This document shows, one piece after another, positions 27,419 to 37,344 of a DNA stretch of 64,000 bases; position 1 is the first letter of the stretch, and each line of letters starts with the position of its first letter. This stretch comes from Planctomycetota bacterium (lineage in GTDB: Bacteria; Planctomycetota; SZUA-567; H5-PLA8), in contig BTVV01000028.1 of the NCBI GenBank assembly GCA_045863855.1, forward strand, positions 101-64,100, written 5' to 3'. The translations under genes were made by a program, and so were the position numbers. A model generated the notes under the pieces. It was not told the origin of the DNA. It made no database searches and saw only the letters and a list, made by a program, of their open reading frames with translations.

Positions 27419-28672
27419 CTACCCCACGGCGGCCGTGGCGCGAAGCGCTTCCGCGTGCGCGCGGACCTTCGCGAAGGCTTCGGCGATGCGGGCCATGTGT
27501 TCGCGTTCGGCCAGGAGGACCGTGTGCGAGAAGAGCATGATTTCTTCGGCCGCGCGGGTGCATTGGGGCAGTTCGAAGCGCTGGGGATCGATGGCGCGCC
27601 AGTATTCCTCGCTGAGCCGGTGGCGGCGCTTGGTCTGCGGCTTGTAGAGAGGGCTGTGGTTGAGCGGCTGGTAGGTGTACCCGGGTTCGATGCCGAGTTC
27701 GGCCTTGAGCGCTTCCTGGACGCGTTTGCGCGGCAATCCGCCGAAGGCGTCGGCGCGGTAGCGCAGCCCGTAGGCGTAGTAGGCCTGGCGCGTGACCTGG
27801 GGCAGCCGCGCGAGCGGATCGAGGCCGGGAATCTCGCGGAGCAGCTTGGAAAGGTACTGCGCGTTCTCGTCGCGCCGTTCGGTCTGTTCGGGCAGGCGGG
27901 AGAGCTGCGCGTTGAGGACGGCGGCTTGAAATTCGGAGATGCGGAAGTTGCCGCTTTGCGGGACTTCACCGGGTGGCGCGTTTTCGCAGCCGGCCGGGGC
28001 GCGCCCGCAGTGGCGCAGGGCGTCGAGCCTGCGCGCGAGCTTTTCGTCTCCGGTACATACGTAGCCGCCTTCGCCGGCGTTGAGCACTTTGCTGGCCTGG
28101 AGGCTGAAGGCGGCGAGTTTGCCCCACGTCCCGGCCTTACGGCCGCGCCACTCGCTGCCGTGCTGGTGGCTGCCATCTTCGATCACGGGGATGCCGAATT
28201 CGTTGGCGACGGCGAGGATTTCGTCGAGGTTGGCCATGCAGCCGTACAGATGGACAGGGATGATCGCCTTGGTGCGCGGGGTAATGGCGGCGCGGAGGGC
28301 GGCGGGATCCATGGTGAGGGTTTGCGGGTCGATATCGACGAGGATCGGGACGGCGTTGACGTCGAGGGCGCAGGCGGCGGTGGCCTGCCAAGTGAGGCCC
28401 GGGACGATCACTTCGTCGCCGGCGCCGACGTCGAGGGCTTCGAGCGCGAGCTGCAGCGCGTGGGTGCCGTTGGTGACGCAGAAGCCGTAACGCACGCCCA
28501 GGAAGTTGCCGAAGGCCGCGCGAAATTCGGCGTCTTCGGGGCCGTTGAAGCCCCAATTGCCGCGCCGCGCAACGCGGACGAGGCGTTCGACCTCGCGCTG
28601 ATCGCGCACGGGCCACGCGGGCCACGCGCCGTCGTAGACCGGTTTGCCGCCCTGCAGTGCGAGTTCGGACAT
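27419..28672 (-). CDS. DegT/DnrJ/EryC1/StrS PLP-dependent aminotransferase
   Basis: TNGTHAL, PVHLYG, IEDGSH, FSLQASKVLNAGEGG. Confidence 0.93.
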   Translation of the reverse strand: MSELALQGGKPVYDGAWPAWPVRDQREVERLVRVARRGNWGFNGPEDAEFRAAFGNFLGVRYGFCVTNGTHALQLALEALDVGAGDEVIVPGLTWQATAACALDVNAVPILVDIDPQTLTMDPAALRAAITPRTKAIIPVHLYGCMANLDEILAVANEFGIPVIEDGSHQHGSEWRGRKAGTWGKLAAFSLQASKVLNAGEGGYVCTGDEKLARRLDALRHCGRAPAGCENAPPGEVPQSGNFRISEFQAAVLNAQLSRLPEQTERRDENAQYLSKLLREIPGLDPLARLPQVTRQAYYAYGLRYRADAFGGLPRKRVQEALKAELGIEPGYTYQPLNHSPLYKPQTKRRHRLSEEYWRAIDPQRFELPQCTRAAEEIMLFSHTVLLAEREHMARIAEAFAKVRAHAEALRATAAVG

Positions 28673-28772
28673 GAGAAACGCCTCCGTCTGGGGTGCCTGA
28701 AGATGAATACCACTTCTCGGGATACGGGCGCCATGCACGGGATTTCGAAGACCTGCACGGCATCGACGGAGG

Positions 28773-29705
28773 CTACAGCCCGTGCTCGGTGCGCCAAGCT
28801 TTGGGGGAGCGTCCGGTGCGCTTCTTGAAGAGGCGGGTGAAGTAGAACGGATTATCGAGTCCGACGCGGTGGGCGATCTCTTTGATCGAGAGGGCCGGGT
28901 CGCGCAGGAGGCGTTCGGCCTCTTCGAGGCGGCAGGCGGCGAGGAAGTCGGTGAAGGTTCGGCCGAGTTCGCGGGTGAAGAGCGCACTGAGGTAGCCGGG
29001 CCCGATGCCGACGTGGGCGGCGACGGCGGCGAGATCGAGCGGTTCGGCGAAGCGGTCGCGGACGTAGTTCACGGCGAGTTTGACGCGGCGTTCCTGAAGA
29101 TCGTCGGGGCGGCGCGCGGCGGCGGCCGATTTGCTTTGCGCGGCGAGGTGCTTCAGGGCCGCGCCGCAGAGACTCAGCAGCATCCCCTGAGCGCGCAGGA
29201 AAGCGCCGGGGCGGGCTTCGTACAATTCCAGATCCAGCGCTTCGGCGACGCGGTGGCCTTCGGGAAAGCGTTCGAGTCCTTGGCGAAAGGAGCCGGTTCG
29301 GAAACGGCCGCCGCCGAGGTGCTCGATGGTGTTCGCGCCCATCCAGCCCGGGTGGCAGGCCGACCAGAGCAGGACGTAGGGTCCGGCGCGTTCGGCGGCG
29401 TGTTCGCGGTGGAAGACGCGCGGCGCCAGAAGCGCGAGGTCGCCGGCGCGGAGCAGGATTCGTTCGTCGCCGAGTAGGAACGGGCAGCGCCCGTGCAGCG
29501 CGTAGCAGAATTCGAAACTTTCGTGGCGATGCGCGGGCGGGAATCCTTTAGGCGGCGAAGACCAGCGCGCCGGGGGATGGGTGAGCCTGCGGCCGCGGCG
29601 GGTGCGGTCGCAGTGGAGCCGTTCGGGGGTGAGCGCGCGGATCAGGGCGGGCAGCGTGACGCCGTAGAGTTCTTCCGCGTTCGCCGGACCGGTCCACCGA
29701 GCCAT
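28773..29705 (-). CDS. AraC-family regulator with cupin sensor domain
   Basis: HRHESFEF cupin motif; SIKEIAHRVGLDNPFYFTRLFKKRTGRSP. Confidence 0.92.
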   Translation of the reverse strand: MARWTGPANAEELYGVTLPALIRALTPERLHCDRTRRGRRLTHPPARWSSPPKGFPPAHRHESFEFCYALHGRCPFLLGDERILLRAGDLALLAPRVFHREHAAERAGPYVLLWSACHPGWMGANTIEHLGGGRFRTGSFRQGLERFPEGHRVAEALDLELYEARPGAFLRAQGMLLSLCGAALKHLAAQSKSAAAARRPDDLQERRVKLAVNYVRDRFAEPLDLAAVAAHVGIGPGYLSALFTRELGRTFTDFLAACRLEEAERLLRDPALSIKEIAHRVGLDNPFYFTRLFKKRTGRSPKAWRTEHGL

Positions 29706-29730
29706 GGGCTTCCTCTCGGCGCGATCGCGT

Positions 29731-32700
29731 TCAGACGCAGCGCTCGTGCGGCCAGCGGAACGGCTGGCCCTTGCGCACGGCTTTCAGGTCGGCGATCCAA
29801 GGGCGCGCGCGGAAGCGCAGACCGCCCTCTTGAAGCACCCGTTCGAGACCCTTAATCGCGTCGTCCTTGCGTCCCAGCGCCAGATTCGCGAGCGCGGTGG
29901 CGTAGACGGCGATGGTAGGACTCTGCCCGTAGAATAGCTCCTTGCGCTTGCACAGTTCGATCACTTTTTCGAGATCGGCTCGTGCTTCGTCCTCGCGTCC
30001 GAGGCGGCGGCGGGCCAGCGCGCGCCAGAGCGGCGCTTCGGTGGAGATCCAGTACCAGTTGTCCCAGTCCTGTTCGTCGGCGGCCTTGCGGTACTCGGCG
30101 CGCGCTTTCTTTTCGTCGCCGGAGGCTTCCAGCGCCACGCCTTTCCAGTAGCGCCACGCGCTGTCGGTGGGGCGGCTGGGGCGGACGGAGAAAGTGGTCG
30201 GCGGATAGGTGCCTGCGCGTTCGAACCATTGGACCGCTTCGGCAAAGCGGCGGCGGGCGAGCGCATCGCGCCCCAACTGCAGGCACGAGAAGGCGTAGGA
30301 TTCGTGCGGGCTGACTTCGCCTTCCCAGCGCACGAAGGGCCGGCTTTCGACGAGCTTCACGGCGTCGGCGAAGCGTCCGGCTTCGACGAAAATGCCGATG
30401 CCGCGCTTGAGGAAGCGGTGGTTGGCTTTGAGCGCGGCGTTCGCGCCGCGGTAGAGCGCCACGCGCTTGGCGGTGTCGCCCATGCGCTCGTAGAGGCCGA
30501 GAAGTTCGCAGGCGATGTCCGGATCGCCGGGCGCGGCGGCGTAGGCGCGTTCGCAGGCCGCGGCGGCCTGGCGCAGGGGGCGCTTGAGCAGCGTGAGCGA
30601 GAGGCTGATGTTGCGCCACGCGAGCGCGTCGCCGGGTTCGAGCTTGACGGCTTTTTGGAAATCGCTGAGCGCTTCTTCGTGGCGGAAAAGGCTGCCCATC
30701 AGGGTGCCGCGCAGGCGCCAAGCCTGCGCGTCGCGGGGACGTTCACGAGTGGCCCAGTTGAAGAGGGCGAGTTCTTCGAGGCGGAAGGGGAAGGCGTAAT
30801 CGGCGCGCAGCGCGGCGGCGCGGTCGAGGTGCTTGGCCACCCACGCTTTGGGTGCAGCGGGGCTGTGTGCGGTGATGTAGGCGGCAAGGTAATCGGCGCG
30901 CGGATCCTGCAACTTGGAGGCGCTCAGGACGGTGAGCGCCATACCGTGCTGCCCCATTCCGAGGTACCACCACGCGACTTCCATTTCGCGATCGGCGGAC
31001 GGGTAGTCGCCGGATTCGTGGAGCGCGTGGATTTCGTCGAGCTGCGCGGGCATGGCGGCGAGCTTGCCGAAGTGGTGCGCGGCCCAGCGTTCCCAGCGGG
31101 CGGGCAGGTAGAGCGGATCGGTGCGCAGCGCGGCTTCTACGGAGCTGAGGGCGCCCCAGTAGTCGCCTTGCATGCGCCGCGCGAGCGCCAGGAGCGTGCG
31201 GCGCTGCGCGGTGGCGTGGGCGGGATCTTCGCAAAGCAGCGCCAGGCGCGTGCGTGCGCGCGGCGCGAGATTTTGCGCGAGTTCGATCTCGGCGAGGGCC
31301 TGTTCGGCGCGCGCCCATTCGGCGGAGCCGGCGGCGGCGAATGCGGCCGCGTGCTTGAAGGATTCGGAGGCCAGATCGAGCGCTTCGCGATAGCGCGCGA
31401 CGACGCCCAGGAGGTCATAGGCCTGCGCGGCATGCGCTCGGCTGGAGCCGGAGACGACGGCCTTGAGATCGACTTCGGCGCGGCCCCAGAGCCCTTGATC
31501 GAGGAAGTAGCGGCCGCGGAGGAGCCGCGCTTGTGGATCCTGGCTGCGTTCGCGGACGGCTTCTTCGATCAAGCGCCGCGCGCGGGTGCGTTCGCCGTTA
31601 AGCAGGTGATGGTCGATGCGTTCGAGGCGGTCTTCGAAGGTGGCCGGCGCTTCTTCGAAGCGTTTGGTGCGCGCCTGCTGGCGCTTGAGGCGCGCGAGCG
31701 TGCCGGGTTCCTGTCTCGGGACGTACGGATAGCGGGCTTGCGCGACGACTCGTCCTGCGGCGTTGCGGACGGAGGCTTCGAAGGGTTCGGCTCCGGGCGC
31801 GGGGAGCTTGAAGAGGCGGCCGGCTTTGAGGTTCGCTTCTTTGCGGGTGCGCTTGGCGCCTTGTTTGATTTCCACGACGCAGGCGCCCAAGTCTTCGCAA
31901 GGGAATACGGTAAGCGCGCGGCGCCGGGCTTCGCCCGCGAGGCCGAAGGCGAGATCGTGGTTGGCGTAGAAGAAGAGGCCCGTGCGGTCGACGGGGTACC
32001 AGCGTTCGTTCCAGTGGCGTTCGCCGAAGGGCGGGAACCATTCGCGGTCGGCTTGCGTTTCGAGCGGCCCGCATTGAATCTCGACGTAGTGGCGCACTGG
32101 CTTGTCGCAGAACATGCGCCCCCATACCTTGCCTTCGGGCGCCGAACCCCAGGTGAAGAACTTTTTACCTTTCATCTTGCGCCAGTCGGCGACGTGGACG
32201 ATGCCCGCTCCGGTGTCGTGGTTGTAACAGCCGAAGAAATCCTCGGCGACGCCCGCGCCGAAGAACTCGTCGGGCCCGCGGTAGCTGGTGTAGCGGCTCT
32301 GGTCGCGGCCGTTGTGCATCGGATAGTCGCGCTTCTCGCCCGTCCAGGGAATGCGGCCGCATTTGGCGGGGATCGAGAACTGCCAGCCGTCGCTGGTGTC
32401 CACGCCGGCGTTGGCCCAGAAGTACCAGCGGTGGGCAAGCGGGGTGGGGTTGGCCAGACGGGTGCGGACATCGAGCGCCGCGACGCCGGGACGCAGGATC
32501 AGTTCGACCTGCCAGCGCATGCGCGAGATGAGTTCCAAGTCGCCGACGACGATGCTGGCCGATCCGTCGGCGTGCGTGCGGGCGGTGCTGGCGACGGGCG
32601 AGAGCGACATCGGGGTATGGCCATTGGGAAAGTTGAATTCCAGTCCCAGCGGCATCCACGCGCCGGGCAAGCGAATCAAGCCGGGCTTGAAGACGTCGGG

Positions 32701-32973
32701 CGTGTAGAAAACTTCGCGCTTGCGCGCCTTGTCGTAGAGGCTCCAGATGTGCCCGCCGTAGCAGGGCGTCACGGTAAGTTTAAGGTGTTCGTTCTCCAGG
32801 CACCGCGCGCGGACCTGGAGGGTTTCCTTTTTGAAGCTGAGGTGATCGCGCAAGGGATACGGATAGATGCGAGTGTAGCTCTCGACCTGATACAGCGGGA
32901 CTTTCTCGGCGGGTTCGGGCGCGTATCCGGGAATCGAAAAGGTAGTCTCGTAACTGCGGACGGCGGCGGGCAT
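29731..32973 (-). CDS. DUF5107-domain and TPR-repeat protein
   Basis: IYPYP, LENEHLKLTVTP.YGG, GLEFNFP, WYFWANA, KKFFTWG, YVEIQCG; C-terminal TPRs. Confidence 0.85.
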   Translation of the reverse strand: MPAAVRSYETTFSIPGYAPEPAEKVPLYQVESYTRIYPYPLRDHLSFKKETLQVRARCLENEHLKLTVTPCYGGHIWSLYDKARKREVFYTPDVFKPGLIRLPGAWMPLGLEFNFPNGHTPMSLSPVASTARTHADGSASIVVGDLELISRMRWQVELILRPGVAALDVRTRLANPTPLAHRWYFWANAGVDTSDGWQFSIPAKCGRIPWTGEKRDYPMHNGRDQSRYTSYRGPDEFFGAGVAEDFFGCYNHDTGAGIVHVADWRKMKGKKFFTWGSAPEGKVWGRMFCDKPVRHYVEIQCGPLETQADREWFPPFGERHWNERWYPVDRTGLFFYANHDLAFGLAGEARRRALTVFPCEDLGACVVEIKQGAKRTRKEANLKAGRLFKLPAPGAEPFEASVRNAAGRVVAQARYPYVPRQEPGTLARLKRQQARTKRFEEAPATFEDRLERIDHHLLNGERTRARRLIEEAVRERSQDPQARLLRGRYFLDQGLWGRAEVDLKAVVSGSSRAHAAQAYDLLGVVARYREALDLASESFKHAAAFAAAGSAEWARAEQALAEIELAQNLAPRARTRLALLCEDPAHATAQRRTLLALARRMQGDYWGALSSVEAALRTDPLYLPARWERWAAHHFGKLAAMPAQLDEIHALHESGDYPSADREMEVAWWYLGMGQHGMALTVLSASKLQDPRADYLAAYITAHSPAAPKAWVAKHLDRAAALRADYAFPFRLEELALFNWATRERPRDAQAWRLRGTLMGSLFRHEEALSDFQKAVKLEPGDALAWRNISLSLTLLKRPLRQAAAACERAYAAAPGDPDIACELLGLYERMGDTAKRVALYRGANAALKANHRFLKRGIGIFVEAGRFADAVKLVESRPFVRWEGEVSPHESYAFSCLQLGRDALARRRFAEAVQWFERAGTYPPTTFSVRPSRPTDSAWRYWKGVALEASGDEKKARAEYRKAADEQDWDNWYWISTEAPLWRALARRRLGREDEARADLEKVIELCKRKELFYGQSPTIAVYATALANLALGRKDDAIKGLERVLQEGGLRFRARPWIADLKAVRKGQPFRWPHERCV

Positions 32974-33137
32974 GAATGCGTGGCCTCAGGGTGATGGGTC
33001 TGGCGGAAGGGCAAAAAACAGACCTGAATGATGGCAACATGCATAGCGTACCCCGGTCTCCCAAGGTGCCGCAAGCAGAACGCCGTCGATTCCAAAGCAG
33101 TCGAAAAGCTAGACCAAATCGAACCAGAAGGTGCGGA

Positions 33138-34610
33138 TCAGTAGATGCCGACGCGCGGCGGGAGGGGGTCGCAGGTGAAGGCCATGCGGGCGCACAGGCG
33201 CTGGAGGAGCTGGGTTTTGAGTGCGGCGTGTTCGGCACGGTCCCAGAGGTTGTGGAGTTCCGTCGGATCGGCCTGAAGGTCGTAGAGTTCGCCCAAGGGC
33301 TGTCCGTGCCAGGCGACGAGCTTGTGGGTGGCGGTGCGGAGCATCGTACAGTACTGCGGCGGCTTGTTGTTGTTCGAGTTGTAATACTCGCAGTAGACGT
33401 CCTCGCGATGTTCGCCGGGTGCGGACGAGGAAGTGAGCAGCGGCCAGAGGCTCTTGGTTTGCATGCCCGGATGGCGCGGGAGTCCGGCGGCGTCGAGAAG
33501 CGTGGGCGCGAGGTCGCCGAGTTCGACGAGTGTGGCGGAGTGGCGTCCGGCGGGAATCGTGCCGGGCATGGAGGCGATCAGCGGGACGCGCAGCGCGCCT
33601 TCGTAGAGGAAAGGGCCCTTGTGGTACAAGCCGTGGTCGCCGAGGAGTTCGCCGTGGTCGGAGGTAAATAGGACGAGGGTGCGCTGGCGCTGTCCGGTGC
33701 GGTCCAGGGCGTCGAGCATGCGGCCGACGTGCACATCGATGAGGTCGCACATGGCCCAGTAAGCGGCTTTAAGATAGCGGTGGTCGCTGGGGGTGAGTTT
33801 GCGGCGGTCGAGTTTGCCGTGTTCGCTGAACTGCTTCTGATATGGCGGCTTTTCGTCCAGTTCGCCTTCGTGGTAAGCGGGCAAGGGCAGTTCGTCGAGG
33901 CGCTTGAGGTAAGGCTCCAGGTATTCGTCGGGCGGATTAAAGCTGAAGTGCGGGTCGAAGATATTGACGCTGTAGAACCAAGGATGCGGCGCGGATGCGT
34001 AGGCGGTGAGGAAGTCGATGGCGCGGTCGGCGCACCATTTGGTCTGGTGCAAGGCTTCGGGCATACCGTGGTGAATCAGGCCGCAGTCCTCGCGCGGCGG
34101 CGTCCGCGCGGCGTGCCCGCGTTCGAGGAGCCAGCGCGTATAGGCGCTGCTGCGGTGCGTGCCGCCGGGCGCGTGATCCCACTGGAACTCGGCGTAACCG
34201 TCGGCGATGCGGCGTTCGCTGCCGGAGAAATAGAGGCTCGCGTCGTGGTTCCACCATTCGGGGCCGCAGCGTTCGATGCGCCGGTCGCAGGCGCTGAGGT
34301 GCAGTTTTCCGGAGAGGCCGCCGACGTACCCGGCGTCGGCGAGGAGCTTGGTGACGAGGACGGTGTCTTCCGGAATGTCCTGGCCGTTCTGGCGCAGTCG
34401 GGTGGTGACGGGGTAGCGGCCGGTGAGCATGCAGGCGCGGCTGGGCTGGCAGAGCGGGTTTTGCGCGAAGGTGTTTTCGAAGAGCACGCCGTCCTCGGCG
34501 AGACGGTCGACGTTGGGCGTGCGGACGAATCGGTTGCCGTAGCATCCCAGCGTGTCCCAGCGCTGCGAGTCGGTGCAGATCCAGAGGATATTCGGACGCG
34601 GTTCGCTCAC
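33138..34610 (-). CDS. sulfatase (Cys-type, S1 family)
   Basis: RPNILWICTD, CQPSR (CxPxR), GKLH, FTSDHG, ELYDLQADP. Confidence 0.95.
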   Translation of the reverse strand: MSEPRPNILWICTDSQRWDTLGCYGNRFVRTPNVDRLAEDGVLFENTFAQNPLCQPSRACMLTGRYPVTTRLRQNGQDIPEDTVLVTKLLADAGYVGGLSGKLHLSACDRRIERCGPEWWNHDASLYFSGSERRIADGYAEFQWDHAPGGTHRSSAYTRWLLERGHAARTPPREDCGLIHHGMPEALHQTKWCADRAIDFLTAYASAPHPWFYSVNIFDPHFSFNPPDEYLEPYLKRLDELPLPAYHEGELDEKPPYQKQFSEHGKLDRRKLTPSDHRYLKAAYWAMCDLIDVHVGRMLDALDRTGQRQRTLVLFTSDHGELLGDHGLYHKGPFLYEGALRVPLIASMPGTIPAGRHSATLVELGDLAPTLLDAAGLPRHPGMQTKSLWPLLTSSSAPGEHREDVYCEYYNSNNNKPPQYCTMLRTATHKLVAWHGQPLGELYDLQADPTELHNLWDRAEHAALKTQLLQRLCARMAFTCDPLPPRVGIY

Positions 34611-34737
34611 GCGGAAGCTCCTTGTGAATTCAGGCGCTGAAGGATTCGAAAGAATCTTACCTCAAGCGAGCCGAACCGCGCGCCGTTTGAACCTTCTTTT
34701 CTCTTGCTTTCAGACGGCTTAATGGGTGCGCGGGGCT

Positions 34738-35733
34738 TCAGTGTTTGCGCCGCCGCAGGCGCAGGAATTTGTAGAGCGCGCGGTCGAAGGGGCTGGTGTT
34801 GAGCAGGAATTGGAAGTCCGCCGGCGTGGCCAGACAGCCGCGGCGGACTTCGCCGAGGTGCGCGCGTGCGCGGGCGACGTACTCGGCCTGCGGGAGCGGG
34901 GCGAGACGCACGCCGGTTTCGGGGTCGCGGAAGCCGACCCCTTCGGCGACGGGCGGGTCGAGTTCGGCGGGATCCCAGAGCATGAAAAGGACGATCTCGT
35001 GGCCGCGGTGGCGGAGGCGCTTGAGCGCATCGAGCAGTCTCGCGCGTCCGGTGAGCGCATCGGTGAAGATAATCACCAGTCCGCGGCGGCGCTCCTGGCG
35101 GGCGAAGGTCTCCAGCCCCGCGGCGATATCGGCTTGCCCGCCGGCTTCCAGCGCGCTCAGTTCTTCCAGCACGCGGCGGACGTGCTGGCGGCTGCTGCGC
35201 GGCGGGAAATAGCGCCCTGCGCCGGCGGCGCCGCCCACGTTCAGGAGCCCGACGCGGTCGCGCTGATGCTGGAGCAGATAGGCGAATGCCGCGGCGAGCG
35301 TGACGGCGTAACCGAGCTTGGTGAAGACCGGCGCGGCAAAGCTGCCGCGTTGCAAGCTGCGGTAGCCCATGCTGGCGGAGGCGTCGAGGACCAGCGTCGC
35401 GCGCAGGGCGCTTTCGGCTTCGAAGCGCTTCACGAACAAGCGGTCGGTACGCGCGAAGACGCGCCAGTCGATCCAGCGCGGATCGTCGCCGCGGACGAAG
35501 TTGCGGTAGTCGCTGAATTCCACGCTGAATCCGCGGCGCGGACTCTTGTGCAAGCCTTGCAGGAAGCCCTGGACCACGGCGCGCGCGCGCAGGTCGAGCC
35601 GTTTGAGGCCGGCGAGAAACTCCGGCCGCAACACTTCGCGCGGCGGCCGGTCGGCCTCTTCGGGTTCCGCAAACGCCACCTGGAGGCGCTTGCGCACGCC
35701 CTTCAGCGAGGAGGGGATATCGAGTCGATGCAT
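34738..35733 (-). CDS. DUF58 domain protein (MoxR partner)
   Basis: GLHKSPRRGFSVEFSDYR, GDDPRWIDW, VKRFEAE, LDASASM. Confidence 0.92.
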   Translation of the reverse strand: MHRLDIPSSLKGVRKRLQVAFAEPEEADRPPREVLRPEFLAGLKRLDLRARAVVQGFLQGLHKSPRRGFSVEFSDYRNFVRGDDPRWIDWRVFARTDRLFVKRFEAESALRATLVLDASASMGYRSLQRGSFAAPVFTKLGYAVTLAAAFAYLLQHQRDRVGLLNVGGAAGAGRYFPPRSSRQHVRRVLEELSALEAGGQADIAAGLETFARQERRRGLVIIFTDALTGRARLLDALKRLRHRGHEIVLFMLWDPAELDPPVAEGVGFRDPETGVRLAPLPQAEYVARARAHLGEVRRGCLATPADFQFLLNTSPFDRALYKFLRLRRRKH

Positions 35734-35808
35734 GGGATCGGGCCGTGCGGCTCCCCTATAGGTGTGCCGCTGCGTGCGGCGTAAGGGCGCGGTTGCGCGC
35801 GTGCGGGA

Positions 35809-37326
35809 TCATTGAGTCAACGCCCATAGAAAGAGGTTGGCGCTCAGCGCGAGCCCGTCTTCGGGCGCGTGCATCACGGGCAGGCCCAAGGGACCGGCCC
35901 GCCACGCGCCGCCGAGATCGTGGGGCGAATAAATCAGCGCCAGCCGCGAACGCGGTCCGTGCGGATCGGGCAGTTCGAGGCCGTACAATTCGGGCTCGAC
36001 CGCGGCCAAGGTTCCGGTGCACGGTTTGGCGCTGCGGCGGACTTTATCGATGCGGTGCCCGATCGAGAAGATGGGGTGCGCGGGCGGGAGGCGCGTGAGC
36101 GGAGCGGCGGGAAAGAGTTCGGCGCAAAGCGCGCGGAGGCTCTGGTCGAATTCGGGGTCGGCGCAGCAGGCGTCGGCAATCAGAAAACCGCCATTCTCGA
36201 GATGGGCTTTCAGGCGCTGGCGTTGTGTGTGCGTCCACTTGAGCGCCTTGCGGCCGGAAAGGTAGAGCACGGGGAAGCGTTCGAGGCCGGAGTCGGTGAG
36301 CGCGAGTTCTTGAGCGCGCAACGGACCGGAGAGTTGGAGGCGCCGCCCGAGGTGTTCGAGAAGACCCTCGAAATGGTGCGGCGATTTCCAGTCGGAATTT
36401 TCGCGCAGCCAGGCGAAGACGGGTGGGCCGCTTACGGGCGGCTTGCGAGCCGGCTCGGCGGCGTCTTCCTGGTCGCGCTGCTTGGACCATTCGAAGAAAC
36501 GGTTCACGTCGACCTGCGCTTTGGCTTGCTGTTCGTTCAGGCCCAGGCCGAAGGCGAGCAGCCACAGGATCAGCTCTTTGCTCTCCCAGCTGCTGACCGA
36601 AATACCGCCGCCCAAGTCCGATAATTCGACGTAAAACGGGAGCTTAAATACGCGCTTCTGTGCCTCGGGGAGTCCCTGGAGCTGCTGCTTCCATTCGCCG
36701 CCCTGATTGGGGATGTAATAGATCCAGGCGGTCTGGCTGGCGGTGACGGTATGCAGCACGATGCCGCGCTGAGCGAGGGCCTTGGCCCATTCTCGGCTGC
36801 GGGGCTGTTCTACGGGCTTGGGCTGTTCGTCGCCCATGAGGACGGCGACTTTGCGTGCGCCGGCGGTCCAGCGCAGGCGCGTCAATGCCGCGTGTAGCGC
36901 TTCTTCGATCATCTCCTCGCCGCCGCCTTCGGCACGCTGGCGCTGGAGGAAATCGGCCAGTTCGTTGCGGTCGCCGGTGAAGTCGAGGACCGCGAACTTC
37001 TCCTGGCCGCCTTTGTATTCCTTGGTGCGGTAAGCGACGACAGCGACGCGGAGGCTGCGGAGTTGCCCGTGCAACGCTTCGCCGATGCGCTTGATCTGTT
37101 CCTGCAGGGTGCCGAGCGTGTGGGTCATGCTGCCGCTGCAATCGAGAAGGAAGGCGAGTTCGACGTCGCCTTGGTTACAGGGGCAGGAGGCCCAGAGGCT
37201 GGAGGAAAGAAACCAAAAGAGGATGAGCAAGCGGTGAACGGTGAACGGTGAACGGTAACGACGCGGTACGGCCGACCGCGCTTGCGCGGGCCCGTATGCC
37301 GTTGAGCCGCAACCCTTACCGTTCAC
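35809..37326 (-). CDS. exported vWA-domain protein with C-terminal DUF4159-like domain
   Basis: MIDAS DCSGS, VAYR, GDE; C-terminal FPVLYLSG, ENGGFLIADAC, HPIF, LIYSPHDLG; start uncertain. Confidence 0.85.
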   Translation of the reverse strand: MNGKGCGSTAYGPAQARSAVPRRYRSPFTVHRLLILFWFLSSSLWASCPCNQGDVELAFLLDCSGSMTHTLGTLQEQIKRIGEALHGQLRSLRVAVVAYRTKEYKGGQEKFAVLDFTGDRNELADFLQRQRAEGGGEEMIEEALHAALTRLRWTAGARKVAVLMGDEQPKPVEQPRSREWAKALAQRGIVLHTVTASQTAWIYYIPNQGGEWKQQLQGLPEAQKRVFKLPFYVELSDLGGGISVSSWESKELILWLLAFGLGLNEQQAKAQVDVNRFFEWSKQRDQEDAAEPARKPPVSGPPVFAWLRENSDWKSPHHFEGLLEHLGRRLQLSGPLRAQELALTDSGLERFPVLYLSGRKALKWTHTQRQRLKAHLENGGFLIADACCADPEFDQSLRALCAELFPAAPLTRLPPAHPIFSIGHRIDKVRRSAKPCTGTLAAVEPELYGLELPDPHGPRSRLALIYSPHDLGGAWRAGPLGLPVMHAPEDGLALSANLFLWALTQ

Positions 37327-37334
37327 TGTTCACC
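37233..37334. repeat. inverted repeat built from GGTGAAC heptamers
   Basis: (GGTGAAC)x3 at 37233-37253; 37240-37258 pairs with 37316-37334 at 18/19. Confidence 0.8.
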
Positions 37335-37344
37335 TTGAACCGAA

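Noticed and set aside
30229-32994. Long antisense ORFs (921 aa here; also 2589-4463, 7390-9351, 62222-63709)
   Set aside because: Shadow frames of high-GC coding genes on the opposite strand; no domain motifs
35756-35830. Possible MITE bounded by CTATAGGTGT / ACGCCCATAG
   Set aside because: Only an 8/10 match, one arm lies within the vWA coding end, and there is no clear target duplication
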